A DNA stretch of 63,773 nt, the filler included, from Reticulomyxa filosa (Eukaryota; Protista; Foraminifera), in the NCBI GenBank assembly GCA_000512085.1. It is 20 parts of 20 records of this genome, joined end to end, with 100 filler letters (N's around TTAATTAATTAA, not from the genome) between each part and the next. Parts side by side here need not be neighbours in the genome. Positions count along the whole stretch, not along the records: positions 1 to 4,475 come from ASPP01004451.1; positions 4,576 to 13,029 come from ASPP01020238.1; 18 more parts are not named here. One strand, 5' to 3'. The first letter of the stretch is position 1. Every line of letters starts with the position of its first letter. The position numbers and the translations under genes were made by a program. A model generated the notes under the pieces. It did no database searches and was not told where the DNA came from. It was given only the letters and a program-made list of their open reading frames with translations. Shown here piece by piece: positions 1 through 13,129 of this stretch.

Positions 1-1439
1 AGCGGCAATTTTTAAAAAAAGTTATAATTTTTTCATTTAATAATTCAATATCTTTTTTATCTAAAAAAACAACACAAAAATACATTATCTCAAATATAAC
101 ATTCGTAATTTGAAATAATCAATAGATGCAAAGTCATTGATGCAAAATTGAACAGCAATGCCAAATAAGGCTTGCTCGATCTCGTGGTGGACATGACGCA
201 ATGGAAGACTGTCGAAAAGTTGGTTAGAAGCATACAGCAAACAGCCAAGATATTGTACATCATCTCCCGCTCTCACTCAATATCACAATGTCGTCGTCGA
301 ATCAAAGGATTGATCTGAACTTTAAGTTACAATTGATTTTTTTTGTTAATAATGTTACATTTATTTAAATATATACGTATTTAAATAATAAATATGTACA
401 TATTTTTTTTTGTATAGACAATGGACCAGATGCAAATAAAAAAAGGGGTAGAGACAACCCGTCTCCGAAAGGAGCGAACAAGGTTTGTCTCTTTTTCTTT
501 TTTTAAAAAAATGTTCAAATGTTGTGTATTTATGTAATGATAGTTACTAGTCAATGTTATCCCCTTCACACACAAAAATGGGGTTGAAGGCCACCCCGTT
601 TGCGAGATTAGGGCTAGAGGTATGCTATATATGTATATATTTCTTTTGTTATATAATGTAAATGTGTGTATGTGTGATAATAGGAATTCCCCCGCACAAG
701 GAAAACATTTATTTTTTTTTCCCCCATCCCAATATATAAACTAATTAAAAAAATTGTTTGAGTGTTTTTATATAGGAAAAAAAAGTGATGAGATCGAGCT
801 CCAATTGGTATATATATATTTTGTTGTTTTTTAAAAAATAAAAAAATTTAGTTGTGTGTACATAGATGCACCTGAACGCAGACAAGATCCAGATTCAAAG
901 ACGCTATTTTAAAAATTTTGAAATAGATAGATGGAAAAAAATAAAATAATAAATAAATGTGGGAAAAAAATTGGGGGAAAAAAAATTAGTGGAAAAAACA
1001 GTTGGGGAAAAAAAGGTGAAAAAGAAGAATAATAATAATTGATAAAAATAGATGGAAAAAAAAAATAATGGACAAAAAGGGAGGGGAACAAAAATAAAGG
1101 ATATAAGGGGGAAAAAAAAGAACAAAAGAAATTAAAAAAAAAATAAAAGAAATAAAAAAGATAAATTATAATTATTATTTTTTATGAGTTGGAGTAATGA
1201 CTCCAAAAAATAACTATATCCTGGTGAATTCCAGCATAATAGTTAAGTAAAAAAAATATGTTCTTTTTTTTGTATTTGACTTGTTTAAAATAAATAAATA
1301 TATACAGTGACGATGACAGCAAAAAAGTTCCAATATTAAAAAATATCTCATATTCGCTTCTATCACTTTCAATAATATACTTGTGCGTTCCTCTATTTTT
1401 TTTGCAACACTAAAATGAGTTGTTTTTTTTAATTATAGG

Positions 1440-4400
1440 TGGCAAGGAAAAACGAAAGTTGTGGTCGCGTGTGAAAAAATAAAAAGAAGAAAATGGATGC
1501 AGTACAAGAGACGAGATCGTCGTTAATTGGTATTTGTGGATGGAATGTTATAGCTGTCCCGAAGCAACACGTATTGATTACACAGTTTTACATTTCATTT
1601 TAATTCAAAGAAATTTTAAAAAAAACAAAAAAAAAGATTGTTATTAAATAAATGTGTTTGAGATACAGACTTGGAGCCGAAGTACGTGTGTTTAGTGTAT
1701 TGTTCAATCGATACATATCCGGAGAAAACTTGTGTCTACATGGAGGAAAAGATACGACTGATATTATGAAAATCGACGACTGGTGCAAAGAAGGCAACAT
1801 ACCAAAAACATTGTAGATGTGTGGCTTACTCGAAGAATCGTCTCGAATTCGGATGCCCACTGATATTGGCAATGATACAAAGGGGCGCTTGTCCAGCTGT
1901 AGAAAAGGTCCCACGTAAGGAAGGAGCGCCAAAATCGTTTTTCACGCACCAGATGGATATTGTGTATTGACGTTGCTCAAATGCCAAAGAGATACATGGA
2001 CGATCAGTTTGATCTCTTTGCAAAAAGATAACATATTATGGAATTGTATTATATTGTAGTGATCTTTATTTAGTCCACAAGCAGCATATAATGGAAATCT
2101 CAATTGCCTGCGCCATCATCGAGACCTTTAATTGCAATCGCATTGTCATCTTTTATTAGTCAATTCGAACCAATTTGTAATAGTACGTAGGGATATAACT
2201 ACTACAATGATACACGCAACATGTAATGGAATATGATCCTATAATTTTCATCACTAGTTCTTCTTCTATCTCGCCCACAAAAATCCAAACATTTGTTCCA
2301 TAAATATCACATATTTGAAGTCCTGTTAAACCCAAGTCGCTATCCTGCACAACCACATACAAGATCTCATTGATATGGGTCTACTACGTATCCAATGTGA
2401 TCTTAGTCGTATTCTCCAATCTCGATACTAATTTTTTCTTCTGCTCAATTTCTGCTGTGAAATTAACTGTGCTCAAGCTGACACGTATGCTCGAATCCGT
2501 TTTAATGGAATGGGCTCGCATTGATCTCCCATTTGTGTTAGCTCGTGTCCGAATTTCCATGAAATGCTGAAATATATATTGTTCCTCATATTGCCATACC
2601 CGACACTGTCAAGACGCGTGCATCCATGCCATTGAAAAGAAGTAAAGAGGTTTGGATTTGGTAATTATTCTTTCTCTTGCCTTATTGCAGCCCGACAAAA
2701 GAGCTTCATTGCAACGTGAATAAATGAAAAAAAATTAAAAAGACATATAAAAAAAAGAAAAAAAAATGGACATTGGTGGACTCGTTGTAAAATATTGAAA
2801 TATTGTGATTGTTCCGGATATTACTCCAAATTGATTTTGCAGTTATTTCTTAAAAAAAACAAATTGAAAACAAAACAAAAAGCTGTCATTAATGTACATT
2901 GTTTTGTGATATACAGAATTGTAGAACTGAGCTGAAATTGTTCGAGTTTTTGGATAACTGAATGTATTATCCAGACTCTTCAAACGGCCAAGTCCAACGT
3001 GATGATCACAATTACACTCAAAAAATTTTAGAAACAAAATATTGTTTGTTATCAAAGCTGGAGAAGCAATTTATGTGTCGTTGTCAGTGGAAGCTCGATA
3101 CGTTATTCAAATCGACACTAGATGCGAAGGAGTCAATCGCCAATGCCAATGTAAAGTCCTAGCTGCAATCCACGCCGCCCAATCGCTATCATACGCAACC
3201 ACTTACTGGAACTTCTTCACATGAATCTACTCCACATCCGATGTAATCTCTGTGTTATCCTCCGACCTCGGCCCCAACTCTGTCTCCCATCCCATATCCT
3301 GCTGTAAAGTCGGCTATTGATCGAGTTTATCCATCGTACTCGAGCTTACAATTTATTCGAATACCAGTTTTTATGGAATATGACTGCATTGCCCCCGACC
3401 GCCTGCGTTGACAAAGCCAATTGCAATTTTTCGTGGAAAATATTGTCTGTTATAACCTTCAGTATTCGTTTGTTGTGCTTTATCGTATAATCATACAAAT
3501 CCTGTCAAGACATGTACGTTCATGCCATGAAAAACGACAAAGATTTTTGGATTTGGATTTTTGATTTGCAGTTATTACTGCCGTTGTGCTAACTCGGTCA
3601 GTCCAACGTATGGGCTTTGGTGCAACGTGGAATTATCGGAGGTTTTTCTTGAACTCGCCACGACAGTCTGTCCTATGCTGGCACAAATTGGCCCCTCACA
3701 AATTGGTTCGACCACGCCCCAGCAATCGTACCAACACCTCACCCTTCAACGCAAGACCAAACGGTAACTCTCTTGGTATTATCAACAACACATCATACAA
3801 TGTCTTTTCACGCCTTCGTACTATAGTTGTGAAGACGATACGTATTGTGGGTTATCAATGTATCATGGCAATTACGGTTGTTGCAAAATCGTTTTGGAGT
3901 GTGCCAGTCCATTTTGTTTTTCCGATTGTACGAGCTATCTTGTTTGCGGATTAATTGTATCAACAGCAAAGAACAAAAGTGTGTCTGTGCGATAAATGGC
4001 CTAAACACTGAATACGATAGTGCAGCAACAAAGATGGTGGTACGGAGTTGTGCAAACAATAATTATATTGCGCACATCCGTTAACATTTGTGCGTAATGC
4101 AGAATTATTACAGATGAATTGAGCCGACAGGTGGTGACAAGCTTGTCAAGAGAGAAGGAGAAAGATTTTATTGCCAATGCATAGATGTGTAAGTCTTTTG
4201 TGCAGTATCAATTATAGCAATATCGAGTGTGGGTTATTATTCGTTGATATTTACATCGAGTGCACCAAAGATTTCAATTCGGAGTCATCTTATGGCTCAT
4301 CTTTTGAAACACGTAGATGTATATGCGATTCAGAGTATTGAAGATACTCCAAGTGAATTGTTGAAAAAGGAGTGTGCAGTACACAGAATCTACTGCTTGT

Positions 4401-4440
4401 AGTGCAGTTTGCAATGCCATCATTTTCACCGTATGCATTT
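1440..4440 (+). pseudogene. Heavily decayed Cys-rich, possibly membrane/surface protein gene
   Basis: Coding-like blocks separated by AT-rich intron-like gaps. Fragments include ENLCLHGG, FEPICNST*GYNYY, RCEGVNRQCQCK and CINSKEQKCVC, but every frame has stops or shifts. Family not identified. Confidence 0.3.
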
Positions 4441-4613
4441 AATCCAACTGCTGCTCCATTTTTTTTTTGTCGACANNNNNNNNNNNNNNNNNNNNNNNNN
4501 NNNNNNNNNNNNNNNNNNNTTAATTAATTAANNNNNNNNNNNNNNNNNNNNNNNNNNNNNNNNNNNNNNNNNNNNATATACATATACATATACATACATA
4601 TATAAAATAAAAG

Positions 4614-7600
4614 GGATGGTACAAAAAAATATTCGAAGAGTACTTCACTGGATCGAGCGAAGAGGATGTTGATGTGCACGAGTTTACGAAAGGATTGAAG
4701 AAACTGCAGGTGGAACTGAATGAAAAGCAAGTGGAAAAGCTGTTCCATCTTTTGGTTGACAACGACGAAGACGACGAGGAAGGCGGCGGAAGCGACGACG
4801 GCTATCTGGACTTGCATCATTGGTTGGAATTTCTGACGCACAAATTCGATAACGTTGAATTGAGATGTTTTCAAACAGCCGTTCTTAGCAAAGTTTTGAT
4901 ATTTTTATTTTTTTATTTTTAAATTTTGCTAAATGTTGATATGATAATGATCACTTTATTCATGTTTTCATTTGTTTCATTTGTTTCATTGGTTAAATGG
5001 ATTGCAAACAAAACAGATTGCAGATGTGAAAAAGTCCAATCGCAAATCCGTGTTGCAAGTGGAGGAAACCGACGAATGGGACTCGTCGGAGATGTCGCTC
5101 GTGAAAGAGGAAATGCAAAAGCAAATCGAATCATTGGTAGAACAGCAAATCACAAAGATTCAAACCAATCAACAATGGCAGACAGAATTGCAACAGAGGG
5201 CATTAGACTCGAATTTCGCGATTACGGTATTTCGTTAACATACATTTATTTATTTTTAAATTAACCACCCTTCTCTCTTTCTCTCCTCCCTCCCCTCCCA
5301 CTCCTATGGAAGATACACAACATATTTACATATGCACATATATACACACATGTCAAAACAATACTTTCAACCGTAGAGCAACGCGTTGAATTGGGACGAA
5401 TACGAAGTCGCATATTGGGTGTCGAGCATTGGCTACGAAGAATACATGCAAGCCTTTTTTCAAACCAAAATCAAAGGCGATATCTTGCTGCACGATCTCA
5501 CTACCGAGTTTCTCCAGCAGCATTTGCGCGTTCGAGGGCTGCATGTCAACACCATTCTCAGAGCTATTCAAGATTTAAAATTAGTTTCATATTTCTTTTT
5601 TGTTTTTGTTGTTTTATGCATATATGCATATATATAAATATATATATGTATATGTACACATATATATATATATGATATATATCATATATATCATATATAT
5701 CATATATTCAACAGAAAGTCAGCAAAACATTGGACATAAGCGAATACTTAGACGTAAACATCGACTCAAAACAACACGAAGATTGGACCGACGGCAAAGC
5801 GAAACAAGACTATGAAAACGAAATGGAATCGATGAAAAAAGAATGGGAGAGCATGAAAAGAACAATGGAGCAACAAATCGAACAAAAGAATAAGGATATC
5901 GAAAAATGCCAAACGGAAATCGCCAAACAAAACTTGGACTTTAAACAGGCGAGTGAAAAGCATCAGCAGCTGCAAGAGCAGTATCAAAGCCAAATTAACC
6001 AATTGACCATTTCCAACGCCGAACAGGTCTTTCAATATACGGAAAAATTGCGCCAATTGGTCAAAGAGTACGATTCTCGTTTAAAGGAAAAGGATGAGCA
6101 AAGAGCCACGGAATTGCAGTCTATTCGAAATTCTTTGGAAGTTTGTACAAATATAAATATATATATATATATATATATGTACATATATTTATATATTTTA
6201 TATTTTTGTGTTTGTATATTCCTGCGTTGATGAATTGATGTGGTACACGTTTGTTTGGAAAAAAGGCGAGCATTCGCGAAAGCGTTGAGAGCAAATTGCG
6301 TATTGAGATCTCATCCGAGTATGAGCAAAAACTAAATAGTGCTCTGAGCAAAGTGGAACAAGACAAGGGCTCATCGCCTCGACGTCGAACTGATTCTGGG
6401 CATGTGCAGCAAGTATCCAATGATGAAACTGGGGAAAGTTTACATAGCAATGGTTACTTTTTTTCTCCTATCGTGTCACTTATTAATTTTTTTTTGACGG
6501 GGGCGGGGGGGGGGTGGAAAAAAAAAAAGTTTCATCACCAGTCGCTTCGGAGTACGGAAGTGAATCAACCTCTAACTTGATCAAGTCTTTGATCGAAAAA
6601 AAAGAAACGAGTGCGGACTTTGCAAAGCCGGTTTGCTCTCTTGACTTGGGAGTGTTCATTATTGTTATTATATTTGCATTGTTTGTTTATTTTCAAGGAA
6701 AATGCTTGGAGTTGGACCTGTGAAGAGGTCGGACATTGGCTGCTGTCAATCCATTGCCAAATGTACATCCCTGCGTTCATTGAACAATACATTGACGGAG
6801 CAATCCTATTGAATGACATTACCGAACAAGAACTCAAACATGAATTGACTGTCAAGTCAATGCATTGCAAAAAAATCCTTCGAGAAATTTCTCGTGTCAA
6901 ACAAGTTTCAACTGTTTTTGAGAGAAAAGCTTATGATGATACAATAACATATATGTACATATACGAAAAGGTGGCATTACCACGAAATACAATGTTGAAC
7001 ACAAAAGTCGGACCACAATCGAACGAGACGTTATTGACAATACATAGTGTTGCTATCTCCTCTTCCTCTCAGCTGCTTGAGATAAGTGGATGCAACGACA
7101 TTTCCATTGGCTCGGAGTCGTTCCACAAACCGAAACAAGTACTGGAACAGTATGAAAAGCAAGTGAGCCAGCTGAAGGAAGAGTTGGAAATGTGGAAAAA
7201 AAAGATAATGCTGATCGGCAACGGCAACAGTAATGACAATAACAATGACAATGACAACGACAACGACAAAGACCATGAAAAAGAGGAAATCGATAAGTTT
7301 GGACGCGTGGTAAAAAAAGTGTATATCATGGATGACTTGAAATGGATTAAAAAGTACTCGTTCTTGAACTCTGCCACGGGAGATATCACCTGGCCACATA
7401 TCGTGTTGCCCGAACAAGGCACACCACCTCCACCGCCGTCCACTTCCAATCCTGATGACTCTTCGTGGAAAGAGTATACGGATTCCATTGTAGATCGCAA
7501 TCAGTTTGTTTTAATTTTGAAAAGCAACATTATATATATATACATATATATATATACATATATATATGTATGTATGTATGTATATGTGTAATAGCAATTT

Positions 7601-9246
7601 GCGATTGCTCGTGAATAAAAAATCATGGATGTTGGAACGAGTAATGAAGGATGCGGCAAACATGTCCGCCATCAACCGCGAGCTGGAAAAAAAACTCAAC
7701 GAGGTGGCACAGTCGTTGAAAACGCAAGTGAAAAAAAGAAAGTTGCTGAAAAGTAAATACAAACATTTGCAGAAAATTGCAATTTCCAATGGCATTGAGT
7801 TGCCTTCGATTCACTCCAAATCAAAGTCGAAGCGATCGCAATTGCAAGGACAGGGACAAGAAGAAGAGAAAGTTGAAGTTGGTGTTGGCATTGGCATTGG
7901 CATTAGCATTGGAGGAGAGGAAGAAAAAAAAAAAGAACATAAAAAAGAAGAAGAAGAAGAAGAAGAAGAAAAGCAACAAGAGCAGCCTCACAGTCCATTG
8001 CTCAGCTTCCCTTTCGATTCACTCATTTCAAGCATTTCAAACCTTGACAAAACTTCGGCCATCACTGATCCCTTTTCAACCTCGATCATGGCTATGCCAA
8101 GTAATGAGGGTCCCGTTCTATCTCCACGTCATCGTCATTTGACTCGAGTTTCCGCCACGTCTTCGTTCAGTTCTCAAACTGGACATACCTTGCAAAACTT
8201 TAATCCCTATGACATCCAAGTTATATTCTCAATATACATATACATATATATATATGTATATATATATATATGTATATATGTATAATATTGTATATGTAAT
8301 ATAAACTGTTATTGTTGTTGATACTTTTATAATTGCAATTGGAAAAGAGTCCTCATCGCGAAATGAACACATCATTGTCGACGCAAGGTCAGTTTGGTGG
8401 CTATCCTCAATCGACAGTGAACATGACGGATCTGCAGCACAAGAAGCAGGACCACTATGCAAATACGCTTATGTACATTCCCGTCGTCTCAGCAAACCAG
8501 CGCACCTTACCTGTCCTTTCGAACAACAACAACAACAACAACAACAACAACGAGGCCCCTTTCCTTTATACCAATGTCATGTCGCTCTCCTCTCCAACCG
8601 CTATCACGACTCCTACCAATCTCGTCCCTGTGCACAACAACTCCCGTCACGCCATCATTGGCGACAATGATACGTATCGCGGCTCCGCCACTCCCAAACA
8701 GTTCATTGATCAACAAAAAAAAAAATTTCATATTTCCATCACACCCGAAAAGTCATCGGAAGTGACCAGTCCCACCATAATCAATCCGAACGTCATGACA
8801 TCGTCGAACAATAGTTTTGCTATTGTCAATCCTTCCTCTTCTTCTTCTTTGTATCCTAACGCCCATTTATTGACTCATACAACTATTGCTCACTCCAATC
8901 TCAATGCCAGTGCCAATGGGATTAATGGTGTCAACCAATCAGAAAATACGCAAAGTTCGTCCAATTCGATGACAACCGCAGTTACGCATACGGTGGAACC
9001 ACAAGTGAACAGATCCCAAACCAATGAACGAAGAGATGATGGTAATGGCCGGGGGTGGTGGAATTGGGCAGGTTTGCTTTTTTTTTTTTTTTTTCTTTTC
9101 TCCCCTTTTTTAAAGTTAAAACACTTGCACAAACGCATACGCGTGTCACTGCTATTCAACATTGTAGCATCGTGGATGGGCAATTGATCCGAATCAACAA
9201 ACAAATCAAGCGCTCCAACTTTCGAAGAAACCCAGGGATACTATAG
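4614..9246 (+). CDS. 5'-partial multi-exon protein: EF-hand-like region, two SAM domains, coiled coils, low-complexity C-terminus
   Basis: Phase-consistent GT-AG exons approx. 4614-4893, 5017-5226, 5377-5583, 5715-6140, 6266-6452, 6539-6630, 6698-6904, 6971-7503, 7595-8219, 8348-9071, 9116-9246 (TAG). SAM1: WDEYEVAYWVSSIGYEEYMQAF...IKGDILL. SAM2: WTCEEVGHWLLSI...YIPAFIEQYIDGAILL. EF-like: DDGYLDLHHWLEFL. Confidence 0.85.
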
Positions 9247-10077
9247 TTTTCGCTCTTGTACATATACACATATGTGTACAATAATATACACTTTTTTTTT
9301 TGCTGACTTTTTTTCTTCATGTGTCTCTAAACATTTTGTGGATCTGTGTCTAATCCTATTTGCACTCCTTCACAGAAGCAATGTTATCATTGTTTATGTA
9401 TGTTTTTTTCATTGCTAACTGTGGTGATGTATTGCTACATTTATTTTTTTTTTATTGGATTACTTTAAAGTTGCATTTGGAAATATCAAAAAAAAAGTGT
9501 ACGAAATGATATATTTTTTTAGTTAGCGCTTTTTTAAGGAGTTGATAATTCAAATATTGTGCAAATATTGTCAATAGCGTCAATAAAAGATTTTGTCATC
9601 TTAGTTTGTCCTGTTGTTTTTTGTTTGGATAAGGAACTAATATAATTTTAACAATTTATATAAAAAGTTTAGGTGAAAATAACAGGGCTGATTATTCATC
9701 ACCTACTGAATAAATCTTCGTCAAATGGTATCTATTTTGTGTGAGATGCCAAAGTGCAAACCACGGAACGAAGCACGTCGTCAGCTTATTTATTGAACTT
9801 TTTTTTTGGGATGATCCCCTTTGATATTATCTTTTCTTTTGTTGATTATTGGAATAGGTAAAACTACTACATCAATAACATACTACCTTTCTGCAATAAA
9901 ACAAAATAATCCTTACAATGTTTTAAATGTCCCAGAGTTGAGCTTTGAAGTCGTACCTTTTCGAAACGAAAGTGAAATAATATAAGAAAGTTTAGCAAAG
10001 GTCAGTATTGTATTTGAAAGAAAGGAAAGTTGTGCCATTTTCCAAAAAAAAAATTGATCAATATTGCAGATAAAGAG

Positions 10078-10961
10078 ATGTCAATTATTTCAGCGAAGCC
10101 AACAGAGCAGGTATCTTGGTGGGATTTTCTTTGGGGACCTAATCGCAAAAAACATTTGAAGTTAATAATTGACGTGTGGATGAGGGAATGCCTTTTGCCA
10201 ATGGTATCAACAAATTTCCTTAGTTTCATCGTTGACTTCGTTCCGCCATGTTAGGTAGCAGGATATTGATAACACAGAAATTAAATATGTTTCTTATCAA
10301 TGTGTCTGTTCATTATTATTGCTATCGAATGGATAGTGTACCTATCAACCAAACAGACCTTGACTCTTTTCATTCGGGAATGGGGGGAAAAACAATAGCG
10401 CCGATCGAATCCTACGTGTATCATTCAGATTGCATGTTATTTGATGAAGAGGAAATGAGATGTGAGTCAAAAGATTCTCGTTATGGAGTATGCATGCTGT
10501 ACTGGTGGCATTCATCTAGCATCGACTGGAAATATCGCATCAAATTTGAGATTGCTAACAGAGGAGCAGAAACAGTGATCGGGGTATGCAGCAATATTCA
10601 TGAATACATCACAGAGGGTAAATGCAGCTCTGGGGTTTGGAATCCGGAGGTACACAAAGGATACTATTTATATTTTAATGAAGGACGATCTGAGTTTACA
10701 GTACTGACAAATGGAATTGAAAATATTCTACGCATTCACTATCAAGCGCCTCAAGCTGGCGACAAAATTGTAATGACCGTCGATTCTACGAACATAACCA
10801 TGCAATTTGAATTTAAAAGTCAACCAGAAAAACTCGATTTACAAGAGTTTTCCTTCAAAACTGAATCCAATATCCCGCTTTTCCCAATTATTTGTTTTAG
10901 ACGTAGCGATCATGATAACAATTCCAGTGTAATCACCATTTCTCAAATTGAACCGCTTTAA
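10078..10961 (+). CDS. SPRY/B30.2-like (ConA-fold) protein with N-terminal IIxxWxR module
   Basis: Exon 1 10078-10249, phase-1 intron 10250-10356 (gttagg...aaacag), exon 2 10357-10961 joining as FVPP-Y-LDSF. SPRY-type strands: YRIKFEI, VIGVC, GYYLY, GDKIVMTVD...MQF, LFPIICF. Confidence 0.65.
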
Positions 10962-11724
10962 TATTTAATTTTTTTCCTTAATGGCCTTCTTAAAAACTTG
11001 AAAAATCATTGACAATCAGTATTTTTGTTGTAATATTCAATGTGTATGATGAAAGGGTCAAAGTTACGCTATCTTTCGACTCGGCCCTTTTCTAATTTGA
11101 TCAGTCACCGTGATTTTTTTTAAATCGATTTTGCTGCTAAGCAAATATTTACTTTTTATTTGACGCATAAGGTGCGTTGTATCACTTTTTTTTCAGAACA
11201 TTGCAACTAACATAACTAAGTAGTTTAATTGGATGTTTGTAAAAGTGAAGCAGCAGAGTGTGAAGAAATCAATAAAAATTGCAAAACATTTTTGGTATGT
11301 CCGGTCCACAAAAAAACTACCTCATCAAAGCACCGTATAACGACTTGATCAAACCTCAGCAAACAATCAATGCAAAATAAAAAACAAAAATTCAAAGCAC
11401 ATTTTTTAACAAAGCACAAAAAGAATCTAAAAAAAAACAAAAAAAAACAAATCATTAAAGCTTTCATGCCTTTTCCAATTTCATCCCTTACACTCCAGTT
11501 TCTGTTTAATATTTAGTTATTCAAGATTAAAAAAAAAGAAGAGAAATGATCAAAAAACAACAATTTGAAGAAAAAAAAAACAAATTATTGTTGTCGATCT
11601 GCCCAACTGTCTTGAGCATTTTGCTGACTTGTCAAGTCTAATTTATTTGTTGTCAGTGAATATTTTGTAAAAGGAGGAGATAACATCAAATAGGCAAATC
11701 AGCAAACAATAAAAAGAAAAGAAA

Positions 11725-13029
11725 TTATTTGAACGCACCTGGACTTGAACATCCATTATTGTTTTTATGCTTTTTAAAGGGTGGAGATTGTGGACCAGAT
11801 GATGACTCAATGCGCTTATGCTTTACAGCACGACGAGTGGACAACATTTGAACGGTTGGATTTTTTGTACAATTGAAGGATGTATCATTTCCATTATGTT
11901 GTAGATGATGCGCAGTCTCATACCGACTTTTCGGCAAAGGTGGCTGCGGTGTCATACTTGCGTGGAGTTCTGGTTGCTCACGGCGATGTAACGATGGTGG
12001 ATACATTGGAGCCAAAAACGGAGACATACTGCGTCCACTGTTTCCACATTCAGACTTACATATTATTATTATTATTTAATTTTCTTATAGATATGTATGT
12101 ATATATTAAGGAAATAATATTTTCTCAATCTGACAGCAAATAGATTACAAAATGTAACTCAGAAGGATGAAGTGAATATGGAGACGCGCTCATCAATGAT
12201 TCCATTTCTTTCTGTCTTTCCACACAAGAGACAGGGTCTTCGTCCAACGATGACAAATCATTGTCATCGTCATCGCTATAGCAAGACTCAAGCCATTGTT
12301 TTTTGGTTTTGTTTTTTTCTACTGCATGATTTTTTTCTGGCTCTCTGTGAATCGGAGACTCCGTTGCATTGCTTACAGTTGAGCATGGAGACTTGTGATT
12401 GGATTCCAGTGCCCCTATTTTTATAATAATATTGAGTATGTAAGCATGAACGTTATTATGTATCTGTTCTTTTTTTTTTTTGGTCTGTTTATGTTACAAT
12501 CAACTCGCTTTTTAGTTTTGGGGACGTTAAAATTTGGTAAACTGTTGTTGGACGAAGAAGCACGGGACTGGACACGAGTGTGAACAGGAGTGAATTGTGG
12601 ACTGTTGAACCCGCACTGAAAGGAGATGCGTTTGGAGGCGCCGGTGGAATCGTGCCCGTGTTTTTGTCCATTGTTTCTACCAAAGGATTGCTTTTCTTGC
12701 ATCGTGGCGTCTTCCTCGTAATCCTGGCCGTCCTTTCGCTTCAACTTCAAAGTGTCCTCTCTTTCCTCGCTGTGGCTTTGGCATCGTCTCAATTCAAAAG
12801 ACGACAAAGACGCACTGGACGAGGATCGCGACCACCACTGATTAAACGACTGCGTATTCACGGGCGGCGACCGTTCGAATCCACCCGAGACATTGTATTG
12901 CATGTCGATGCACATCGATTCAACCCCTTTCGTTACACTTCGGTCGCTGTCAATGTCAAAGCTTATGTTGACCCCCGATGACTTTTCGTTTGAGGAAGAA
13001 TGGCAGCTATTTAGAATACTAATGCTATC
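11725..13029 (-). CDS. 5'-partial Ser/basic-rich, probably disordered nuclear protein
   Basis: Three open exon blocks (about 13029-12470, 12414-12150, 12055-11725) separated by AT-rich introns. NLS-like RPKKKK and PPFKKHK. No recognisable domain. Confidence 0.55.
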
Positions 13030-13129
13030 NNNNNNNNNNNNNNNNNNNNNNNNNNNNNNNNNNNNNNNNNNNNTTAATTAATTAANNNNNNNNNNNNNNN
13101 NNNNNNNNNNNNNNNNNNNNNNNNNNNNN

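Noticed and set aside
450-491. Hairpin CTCC-GAAA-GGAG inside AGAGACAA...TTGTCTCT as a ribozyme or structured ncRNA
   Set aside because: No hammerhead CUGAnGA core or HDV pseudoknot is visible. The outer stem is not kept in the second copy (about 25010), and the segment ends at a splice-donor-like GTTTG. The inner hairpin is kept (CTCC-GTAA-GGAG), so a covariance test on more copies could reopen this.
904-1125. Phe-rich ORFs (also 23519-24413, 62041-62415) as membrane proteins
   Set aside because: They are translations of poly-T low-complexity DNA with no domain signal.
5600-5710. YIYIY/ICIC peptide tails on many ORFs
   Set aside because: Read-through into (AT)n/(ATAC)n intronic microsatellites.
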